The notes beneath the pieces were generated by a model, which did no database searches, was not told the DNA's origin, and saw nothing but the letters and a program-made list of their open reading frames with translations. From Pseudobdellovibrionaceae bacterium (lineage in GTDB: Bacteria > Bdellovibrionota > Bdellovibrionia > Bdellovibrionales > Bdellovibrionaceae), in the NCBI GenBank assembly GCA_039810425.1, contig JBDHWW010000060.1, forward strand, positions 1-16,050: a stretch of 16,050 nucleotides of DNA, read 5' to 3'. Positions 7,958-15,137 of the stretch are shown here, piece after piece. The position numbers and the translations under genes were made by a program. Positions within the stretch are counted from its first letter, which is position 1; every line of letters begins with the position of its first letter.

Positions 7958-9076
7958 ATGAAACTGTTCCCAGGGCAAGCCATGAAAATGGCGATACAAG
8001 AAGCGTACAAAGGAGCGACACAGGTCAGCCCGAATCCTCTTGTCGGAGCGGTGGTTTTGAGTGCTGAAGGAAACATATTGGCAAGTGGTCACCATGAATT
8101 TTATGGCGGGCCACACGCGGAAGTGAACGCTCTGAAAAATCTTTCCGTCGAACAGCTTCGCGGTGCCACGGTTTATGTCACGCTCGAGCCTTGTGCGCAT
8201 GAAGGAAAAACCCCTTCCTGCGCGAAGATGATGGCCGGCCTTCCAATCAAGAAAGTTGTATTTGGTCTTGTTGATCCAAACCCGCTTGTTGCCGGTCAGG
8301 GGGCTGCCATCTTGCAGGCGGCCGGAATCCAGACCGAAGTTTTCTCAGAAACACATCCTGCATTTAGAAATGAACTTGAAGAGGTCTGCGAAGCTTTTCT
8401 TTGGAACTTTCGTGAGAAAAAAGTTTTTGTTTCTCTGAAGATCGCCCAGAGCCTTGACGGGCAAGTGGGACTTAAAACCGGCGAAAGCAGGTGGATCACA
8501 AATGAAAAATCGCGGGAATATGTTCACTATCTCCGGGCCTGCCATGATGCGACTCTGGTCGGACGGGGAACGGTTCAACAAGACAACCCGTCTTTAAATA
8601 TTCGGCATCCTGAAATTCAAAAAAATAACCGGGTGGTGGTGATTGATCCCAGCGCGACTTTGCTCCAAGAAGCGTCGCAATTGCAGATTACGCGTTTGCA
8701 TAAACCAGAAAATATTTTTTGGTGTGTGAGTGTCGTGAAAAACTCCTCTGGGGACCTGCCTTTTGCCAAGATCGTGAGGGTTCGGGAAAATACCGATGGT
8801 ACATTGAACCTCGAAGATCTTTTGCAGAAACTTTGGAGTGCTGGAATTCGCTCAGTGATGGTTGAAGGTGGACCGCAGACGGCGGCGAACTTTTTGAAAG
8901 CCGGTTTAGTGAATAGACTTTATATTTTCACCGCTCCGGTCGTGGTGGGGGCCGAAGGAGGCCGCTCGTGGACTGAGGGAATCAGCATTAGCGAAATGCG
9001 TGAGCGTCTTCAGGTGAAAAACCCCCAAACACGGTCATTTGGGTCTGACATGCTGACGACTGGACGTTTGACCTGA
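7958..9076 (+). CDS. ribD: Bifunctional diaminohydroxyphosphoribosylaminopyrimidine deaminase / 5-amino-6-(5-phosphoribosylamino)uracil reductase
   Basis: Deaminase motifs SPNPLVGAV, HAE and YVTLEPCAHEGKTPSC. Reductase motifs KIAQSLDG, SRWIT, LVGRGTVQQDNPSLNIR and VMVEGG. The start is 7958 or 7982 rather than TTG 7922. Confidence 0.96.
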   Translation: MKLFPGQAMKMAIQEAYKGATQVSPNPLVGAVVLSAEGNILASGHHEFYGGPHAEVNALKNLSVEQLRGATVYVTLEPCAHEGKTPSCAKMMAGLPIKKVVFGLVDPNPLVAGQGAAILQAAGIQTEVFSETHPAFRNELEEVCEAFLWNFREKKVFVSLKIAQSLDGQVGLKTGESRWITNEKSREYVHYLRACHDATLVGRGTVQQDNPSLNIRHPEIQKNNRVVVIDPSATLLQEASQLQITRLHKPENIFWCVSVVKNSSGDLPFAKIVRVRENTDGTLNLEDLLQKLWSAGIRSVMVEGGPQTAANFLKAGLVNRLYIFTAPVVVGAEGGRSWTEGISISEMRERLQVKNPQTRSFGSDMLTTGRLT

Positions 9077-9229
9077 ATTTTTTACAGGACGCAAGTCCAT
9101 ACGCTGAAGGTCATTTGTCGGAAAGCAGCGATCTTGTTTAACCCGAGAACCTCTATATTCGTTTAAAACCGGACAATGCATTGCATTCATTTCTGGCCCT
9201 TACCTGCCGTAGGCGCCGGGAAGCGACTC

Positions 9230-9238
9230 TGTTATAAT
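9230..9238 (+). promoter_or_regulatory. Extended -10 promoter TGnTATAAT
   Basis: TGTTATAAT is an exact match, 48 bp upstream of ATG 9287. Confidence 0.6.
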
Positions 9239-9244
9239 GACTGG

Positions 9245-9266
9245 AAGGTGAGCATTCACCTTTTTT
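9245..9266 (+). terminator. Hairpin plus U-tract (intrinsic-terminator-like)
   Basis: AAGGTGA-GCAT-TCACCTT is a perfect 7-bp stem followed by TTTT, then AGGAG. Confidence 0.45.
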
Positions 9267-9286
9267 AGGAGTTTCTAAGTAGAATT

Positions 9287-9682
9287 ATGAGCGACGACGG
9301 CAGTAGATCGATAGTTAAAAATTTAAAGAATGAATGGGCTCTCTTCTGGGAGAGTATCGCGGGCGAAGATCAGGAAGACAGCGCCTTTGAAACAGGGAAG
9401 TTACAAGTTCTGAGCCTTGACCAACTTCACGAAATCATTAAAGCCCTTAGCCATGACCGCAGGCGTTTGAACCAAAAGTTAGAGTCTTTGAATAAGGAAC
9501 TCGAACTCAATGGGGCCAAACTCGAAAGCATTCGTCTGGTCGGTGGGCAAGACGGCGAGACCCTCAAACGTATTAACGAGTTAAGCGATATCGGCCAGGT
9601 CCTGAGTGAACAACTCAGCAAACTCGACGAAAAGATTAAATGGACTCGACTTCGCCAGGAAGAATTTCTCGCAAGCCAATAA
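9287..9682 (+). CDS. Hypothetical coiled-coil protein
   Basis: 131 aa with heptad Leu repeats (LSHDRRRLNQKLESLNKELELN; LSDIGQVLSEQLSKLDEKI). No TM or signal peptide. AGGAG lies upstream. Confidence 0.8.
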   Translation: MSDDGSRSIVKNLKNEWALFWESIAGEDQEDSAFETGKLQVLSLDQLHEIIKALSHDRRRLNQKLESLNKELELNGAKLESIRLVGGQDGETLKRINELSDIGQVLSEQLSKLDEKIKWTRLRQEEFLASQ

Positions 9683-9714
9683 ATCCAGCTAGAAAAATTT
9701 ATCCCTCACGCTCC

Positions 9715-9750
9715 ACACACAAGACTGGACGATGCTCCAGGCTTGTGTGT
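9715..9750. other. Long stem-loop upstream of the motor operon
   Basis: ACACACAAG-A-CTGGA-CGATGC-TCCAG-G-CTTGTGTGT gives 14 paired positions with one mismatch. There is no strong U-tract. Confidence 0.6.
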
Positions 9751-9800
9751 TCCAGGCCAGCGGGTGGTGCGCAAAATTATTATTTTTTGTCCAGCCAGAC

Positions 9801-9828
9801 TCCAGTTCCCATCCGGGAAAGCCGTTAG
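9801..9828 (+). promoter_or_regulatory. Putative sigma28 (FliA)-like promoter of the motor operon
   Basis: TCCAG-N15-GCCGTTAG has the same geometry as the motif at 898-925 and lies 52 bp upstream of ATG 9881. Confidence 0.35.
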
Positions 9829-9880
9829 ACATGATAGCGGTCATTGTGACTGCGTTTAGCAATTAATGGAGTTGGCTGAG

Positions 9881-11611
9881 ATGTCATTCAATTATCATAA
9901 AAATAAAGAAGGACATTCTAACGACAGTTTTTGGACGTCGTACTCGGATCTATTTTTGGGTCTTAGTACGATCTTCTTGCTGTTGTATGTAATCTCAAGT
10001 CTTCGTACCAGCACTGATGCCATCCGTTCGCAGGTTGAGAGCCAGAAACTTTCCATGGAAGTGGAAGAGTTGAAAGGTCAGCTCAAAATGTATGAGAACG
10101 TAAAAAACGAGTACATGAACAATGCGGCGAAAGACGAAGTTCAAGAGTACCAAGAGTTGATGGATAAACTCACGCTGCTGCAAGAGGACGCGAAAACCGA
10201 GAAGGACAAACTCATCGAGCAAGCTTTGGCTAACGATGGAAAGGTCAAAGCTCTTAATAAGTACCAGCAGATGGTACGTAACGTGATGAATGCCAATAAG
10301 ATGGCGAAGTCTAAGATCGTGAATCGTGATGACTTGATTAAAGATCAGGATGAAGAGATCGAAGTTAAAAAGGGCGAAATTACGGACCTGCAAAAAGACG
10401 TTCAGCAAAAGAAAGCACTCATTGCTGATGGCGAAAGAAAGATCGACGAAGCGAACAACTACTTGAAGTCTAAGCAAGCGGAGCTGAAGCAGGCTCTTCG
10501 GACAAACAAGATCACTCGTGAGCGTTACAATGCGCGTATAGCCCAGGTTAAAGCGGAAAATGACAGACGCGTGAATCAGTTGGCTTTGGCGAATGAAAAA
10601 TATAACGAGCAATTGGAAGCAGTTGCTGGTCAGTTGAAGCAAGCAAACGCACAAATCGCTCAAACGAACGAGCAGTTGAATCAGACAAACACCGCGTTGA
10701 CGAACACCCAAGGACAATTGGCCGCGACCCAGGGTTTGTTGGATAAAAAAGAAGGCGAGATCAAAGGTCTCTACGGTTCATTGCAAAAGCAAGCTGCTGA
10801 TGGCCAAGCTAAAATGGCGCAAATGCAGGCGGGTTACGCAGCGGAGAAAGCCCGTGAAAAAGCGGCCTTTGATGCTGAGTTAGGCCGTAATAAAGCGATG
10901 GGCGCAGCGGAACGTTCTCGCCGTGAGGGCGAATTCAAAGCGGCAATGGCGGCCAAAGACAAAGAGTACGGTGGCAAGATGGCGGCTTTGGGTGGTCAAC
11001 TAAAAAACACCGAAGGTCAGTTGGCAAAAGCTCGGGCCGAGCTTGAGGCGCGCCGGGCTGTTGCGGATGAGGTGAAAAAAGGTTTTGCGAAGGCGGGAAT
11101 CAAGGCGGATATCGACATGGAGACGGGCGATGTTGTTCTTGATTTCGGCCAAGCCTATTTTGACAGCGACTCGGATCATTTGAAGAGCGAGATGAAGAAC
11201 GTGCTCGAGAAGGCGATGCCAATCTATTCGAAGTCATTGTTCGGAAATCCAAAGCTTTCAGACAAGATCACCGCGGTTGAGATCGTGGGCTTCGCTTCTC
11301 CTACATACAAGGGGCGGTTCATCGATCCTAAGAGCCAGAAGCCTGAGGATAAACAGGCGATTAAGTACAACATGGATTTGAGTTATCGCCGTGCGAACGC
11401 GATTTTCGGATACGTTCTCGATGATAACAACGTTCGTTTTGAGCATCAAAAGGAACTTGTGGGATTAATGAAGGTTTCCGGTCGTTCCTTCTTGGAAGTG
11501 ATGAACGTGAATACCAGAAATGTCGCCAATGCCAATGAGTTCTGTAGGCAGAACGATTGCAAAAAGGCGCAAAGAGTTATCATCAGATTTAATGTGGATC
11601 AAAAGAAATAA
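9881..11611 (+). CDS. ZorB/MotB-like stator subunit: TM with conserved Asp, long coiled coil, OmpA-like peptidoglycan-binding domain
   Basis: FWTSYSDLFLGLSTIFLLLYV matches the MotB/ZorB W-x-S-x-S-D-L helix, with Asp at 9947-9949. About 350 aa of Q/E/K/A-rich heptads follow. The C-terminus has YFDSDSDHLK...VEIVGFAS...NMDLSYRRANAI...QRVIIRF. GGAG lies 9 nt before ATG 9881. Confidence 0.88.
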   Translation: MSFNYHKNKEGHSNDSFWTSYSDLFLGLSTIFLLLYVISSLRTSTDAIRSQVESQKLSMEVEELKGQLKMYENVKNEYMNNAAKDEVQEYQELMDKLTLLQEDAKTEKDKLIEQALANDGKVKALNKYQQMVRNVMNANKMAKSKIVNRDDLIKDQDEEIEVKKGEITDLQKDVQQKKALIADGERKIDEANNYLKSKQAELKQALRTNKITRERYNARIAQVKAENDRRVNQLALANEKYNEQLEAVAGQLKQANAQIAQTNEQLNQTNTALTNTQGQLAATQGLLDKKEGEIKGLYGSLQKQAADGQAKMAQMQAGYAAEKAREKAAFDAELGRNKAMGAAERSRREGEFKAAMAAKDKEYGGKMAALGGQLKNTEGQLAKARAELEARRAVADEVKKGFAKAGIKADIDMETGDVVLDFGQAYFDSDSDHLKSEMKNVLEKAMPIYSKSLFGNPKLSDKITAVEIVGFASPTYKGRFIDPKSQKPEDKQAIKYNMDLSYRRANAIFGYVLDDNNVRFEHQKELVGLMKVSGRSFLEVMNVNTRNVANANEFCRQNDCKKAQRVIIRFNVDQKK

Positions 11612-11620
11612 AAGAGGTGT

Positions 11621-12556
11621 GTGGTGTTAGACGGAAAAACTATCGCAGAATATTTTATATTATGTCTGCCATATGTAATGGCGAGCATCTTCGTGATCGG
11701 CATATTCTTCCGCGCAATGGTCTACTATACGGTTCGCCGTCATGAGTGGTTCGCGCGTGAGTTTGAAAAACGCGTGAATCGTTTCATGGAGACTGAAACT
11801 CCGGGAAAAGCACACGATGTTTCATTTTACGTTCTTTCTAAAAGAATGCTCGAACGCACTTACTACGAAGTATTCGAGATTCGGGATCGCATGAAGCGCA
11901 GAAAGCCAGATGCCGTTATGAGCTGGAGCGATCGTTTGTTCCTTATCAAACAAGGTTGCGCTTGGCTGGTAAAAGATATCTTGAAACAAGTGAAGTTCTT
12001 GAAGTGGACTGAAGAGACGCCAAAACTATTGAACATTACCAAAGCGACTTTCCACCACAACCCTTGCTTCAACCGTGTGTTTGGCGTCATTCCAATGCAA
12101 GGTTTGAACGATATTATTTCTATTTTGCCGGGTCTTTTCGTTGTTGCCGGTATCTTGGGTACTTTCATCGGTATCGCGACAGGCCTTGGTGACCTGGGAG
12201 GTATGAATCTTCAGGACTTGGAAGCAACTAAGAACATCATGGATAAATTCCTCCATGAGATCTCTTTTGCGATGAAGTCTTCTATCGTGGGTATCATATT
12301 TTCGCTTGCGAGTCATATTCTGAACACGATGATGTCACCGGAAAGAGCTTACGTTTCTATGATTGATCGTTTTGAAAGCTCGATGGACCTTCTATGGTAC
12401 CGCAGCGACAACAATACTTATCCTTCTGATGAGCGTCCATTCGACGAACACAAGGATGCAGTAGAAGCTCTTGCTGAGGATGCCTTGAATAAAGAAATCA
12501 GCAAAGGTCAAAGAACGCGTGAGATGCTTGAGGTGCGTAAGCCAAAAGCTTCGTAA
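11621..12556 (+). CDS. ZorA/MotA/TolQ/ExbB-family ion channel subunit (3 TM)
   Basis: TM1 near the N-terminus, then a cytoplasmic domain, LPGLFVVAGILGTFIGIATGL, and ISFAMKSSIVGIIFSL. It starts 9 bp after the MotB-like gene, with RBS AGAGG. Confidence 0.88.
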   Translation: MVLDGKTIAEYFILCLPYVMASIFVIGIFFRAMVYYTVRRHEWFAREFEKRVNRFMETETPGKAHDVSFYVLSKRMLERTYYEVFEIRDRMKRRKPDAVMSWSDRLFLIKQGCAWLVKDILKQVKFLKWTEETPKLLNITKATFHHNPCFNRVFGVIPMQGLNDIISILPGLFVVAGILGTFIGIATGLGDLGGMNLQDLEATKNIMDKFLHEISFAMKSSIVGIIFSLASHILNTMMSPERAYVSMIDRFESSMDLLWYRSDNNTYPSDERPFDEHKDAVEALAEDALNKEISKGQRTREMLEVRKPKAS

Positions 12557-12572
12557 TTGGGAAAGTTAAGAG

Positions 12573-14993
12573 ATGTTAAAGACGTACTGCAAATATACAG
12601 TCACGGTCCATAGAAAGGACCAGGTAATGACCAAGGTCGTGAACGAAGACTCGTTCACGATTGGTCGTTCTATGGACTGTACGATTGCTTTACAAGAAGA
12701 CAGTATCAGCCGTGTTCACATTGTGGTGAACCGCCGCCAGGAACAGATCTGGATCGAGGACAAGGGGTCTTCGAATGGTACTTTCGTCAATAACGTCCGT
12801 ATCGCCCAAAACAGTCTTGTGAATGTTGTGGCGAATGATCGTATCCGCGTCGGTAAATCCGACTACGTTTTAAGTATCTCACTTGAAATTGAAGAGCGCG
12901 ATGATAATGCTGCATCGGCCATTGCCGCTGAGGCAACGGACCTTTTGAAAGCTCCAGTAGCCCCGCAACAAAAAGCGCAGCAACCATCGTCGGCGTTTAA
13001 TCCCGCGCCCTTTCAAACGATTTTGATGCCAAAAGATAAAACGGCGGCGCCACAAACGCAGCGCCCCTCTCAGGCAAATAGTCAAAACAACGCGGATCAG
13101 AATCCGCCGGCAGCGTCGAAAGAGGAAATGCGCCGCGAGATTCGCTCAACCTCAGCGCGTGAAGAGAATCCGGCAAATAACTACAGCAGTTCTTCGGCGC
13201 AATTTGAAGGGGAAAGAATCCTTCATGATGCTCATAAGAAAGCCGCGCAAATAATCTATGACGGTGAAGTGCAGGCCGAAAAACGCGCGCAAAACATCTA
13301 TATGGAAGCTCGCGAGCGCCAATCGCAAGCGGATTCTTACTATCAGAAAAAGGTCTCGGAGGCGCACAGACACGCTGATGAAATCATTGTGAATTTTCAG
13401 AAGCAAGGTGAGGAACTACTGGTTCAAGCTCGCCAGTTTGCTCAGGAAATGCGCGATGAAGTTGATGTGTTTTCGCGGAAGCTTCGTGATGACGCCCATG
13501 TCGATGCCGAGGGCATCACTGACGAAGCCCGTAAAGAAGCGGAGCTTATTAAGCACGATGCTTATGAAAAAGCTCTAACGAAGGCCGAAATTGAAGCGGA
13601 GGATCTCGTTGTCAGTGCAAAGGCCGAATCCCAGGATATTTTGACGTCCGCCCAGCAGCAGGCCGAAGAAATGCTCGCGAAAGTTCGTAGTGAGATGGAA
13701 AACGAGCTTAAAGACTTGAAAGAGGCCCTTGAAGATAAGCAGAAACAAATCCAGCTCTTCAAGAAAGAAATGGAAGAACTGCAAGTGAAAGCTCTCGGCG
13801 ACCAGGAGGAAGCGGAAATCAAGCTTTCTGAAGTCAAAGAAGAGCATGAGAAATTCAAAGGTGAAGTCGAGTCCATGCAGAGAACACTGGGGGCTTCCCG
13901 TATTGAAGAGGAAGGTCTTCAAGATAAGATTCGTGATCAGAAAAAGGCGGCAGCGGATCTGGAGCATCAAATCGGTGTTCTTTATGGGGACAGCAAGACT
14001 CTGGAAAGAAAGAACAAAGAATTACAGGAGTTGATCGGCCACAAAACACTCGACATCCAAGCGGCCGAAGACCAAAAGCGTATCATGGAAAATGAGCTGG
14101 TGGTTCATAAGTCCCAGATCAAAGATCGCCTGGAGCGCGACAAAACCCAGTTGATTAAGGAATCCGAACAAAGCCTGCACGATGCGCAGCTTGAAATGAG
14201 CAAGCGTTTGCAGAAGCTTGAGCAAGAGATGATCGAAGAAATCATGGGCCGTAAAGAGTCCATCGTGAAAGACATTATCATTGTGATCGAAACCCGTATT
14301 GCACGGGTTCTTGAGCCGGCGAAATGGGACCAAGTTTCAAGCCAAATCTTCGACGGGATCTCTGAGACTCTCGAAGGGAAAGCTGTGTCCTTTACCGAGA
14401 GCACGAAGCAGCCGAAGCAATCGGCTTCTTTGGCGAGAAAGAAGAAGAAGGAAAACATCCGCTGGATGGCTGTGGGCATTACCGCAGGTATCATGGTTTC
14501 TTTCCTTGGTTTACAAACGTATAACCGCATGACAAAGGATAAAAATCCTATGCGCACGTTGGCGGCAGAGGAAAGCCGCCGCCGTCAAGAGGATCTTGAG
14601 CGGCGTAAGTTTAACCCGGCTCAGGTTCGTGATGTGAAAGACACGTATACCGACGCGGTTATATATACATCGGGCTACGTGGCGGCTTATCAGGATCCGG
14701 AGTATCAGCAAAAACTCTACAAAGCGGCTTCTACATACCTTTTGAAAACATGGCGCGTGGATGAGGACAAATCGATTCAGGTTCTGTCCATGTCGAGTGC
14801 TTTGATCAAAGAGCTGAGTGACAAGAAACAAAATATCCATCCAGACTATGTCAAGGATGGCGTCCTGAAGATGCGTGGTCTTGAGAAGGAAAGCCTTGAG
14901 CGTATGAAAGCCGTACTGGGTTCTGAGGTTCGCCTCGAGTCTTACCGCCGTTTTGAGAAGCGTTTCTTCGAAACAGAAATCCTCAAGAAATAG
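12573..14993 (+). CDS. FHA domain - low-complexity linker - long coiled coil - single TM - periplasmic domain protein
   Basis: FHA motifs FTIGRS, SISRVH and DKGSSNGTFVN. A Pro/Gln/Ala/Asn linker precedes DivIVA/ATP-synthase-b-like repeats (EARKEAELIKHDA, SAKAESQDILTSAQQQAEEML). Basic RKKKKENIR precedes TM WMAVGITAGIMVSFLGL (14463-14513). It starts 16 bp after the MotA-like gene. Confidence 0.9.
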   Translation: MLKTYCKYTVTVHRKDQVMTKVVNEDSFTIGRSMDCTIALQEDSISRVHIVVNRRQEQIWIEDKGSSNGTFVNNVRIAQNSLVNVVANDRIRVGKSDYVLSISLEIEERDDNAASAIAAEATDLLKAPVAPQQKAQQPSSAFNPAPFQTILMPKDKTAAPQTQRPSQANSQNNADQNPPAASKEEMRREIRSTSAREENPANNYSSSSAQFEGERILHDAHKKAAQIIYDGEVQAEKRAQNIYMEARERQSQADSYYQKKVSEAHRHADEIIVNFQKQGEELLVQARQFAQEMRDEVDVFSRKLRDDAHVDAEGITDEARKEAELIKHDAYEKALTKAEIEAEDLVVSAKAESQDILTSAQQQAEEMLAKVRSEMENELKDLKEALEDKQKQIQLFKKEMEELQVKALGDQEEAEIKLSEVKEEHEKFKGEVESMQRTLGASRIEEEGLQDKIRDQKKAAADLEHQIGVLYGDSKTLERKNKELQELIGHKTLDIQAAEDQKRIMENELVVHKSQIKDRLERDKTQLIKESEQSLHDAQLEMSKRLQKLEQEMIEEIMGRKESIVKDIIIVIETRIARVLEPAKWDQVSSQIFDGISETLEGKAVSFTESTKQPKQSASLARKKKKENIRWMAVGITAGIMVSFLGLQTYNRMTKDKNPMRTLAAEESRRRQEDLERRKFNPAQVRDVKDTYTDAVIYTSGYVAAYQDPEYQQKLYKAASTYLLKTWRVDEDKSIQVLSMSSALIKELSDKKQNIHPDYVKDGVLKMRGLEKESLERMKAVLGSEVRLESYRRFEKRFFETEILKK

Positions 14994-15137
14994 TTCACAT
15001 CGTCCAATCTTTGAATAGGCCTGTCCTTCTTCAAGGGCTACTCAAACTGCGCGGGTAGTTTCGAAGTCGTTGCGACGGAGTGCCTCTAAAAAATTAATTG
15101 AAGTGATCTTATCCATTTTGTTTGGCACAAATATCCA

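Noticed and set aside
9077..9230. FMN riboswitch or other known ncRNA after ribD
   Set aside because: The conserved FMN aptamer segments are not recognisable.
9995..10717. 240-aa Leu/Phe-rich minus-strand ORF that looks like a membrane protein
   Set aside because: Its hydrophobicity is the expected mirror of Lys/Glu/Gln codons in the coiled coil on the plus strand.
9881..12556. Calling the pair canonical flagellar motAB or a complete Zorya system
   Set aside because: Gene order is reversed, the A subunit has three TMs and no long tail, the B subunit has a large insertion, and no ZorC/D/E or flagellar genes are in the window.
12787..14840. Multiple 60-150 aa alternative-frame ORFs within the FHA gene
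   Set aside because: They are shadows of a low-complexity coiled-coil gene, with no RBS or domain evidence.
15044..15061. Hairpin AAACTGC-GCGG-GTAGTTT as operon terminator
   Set aside because: The stem is weak, includes a G-U pair and has no following U-tract, so it is not enough to call.
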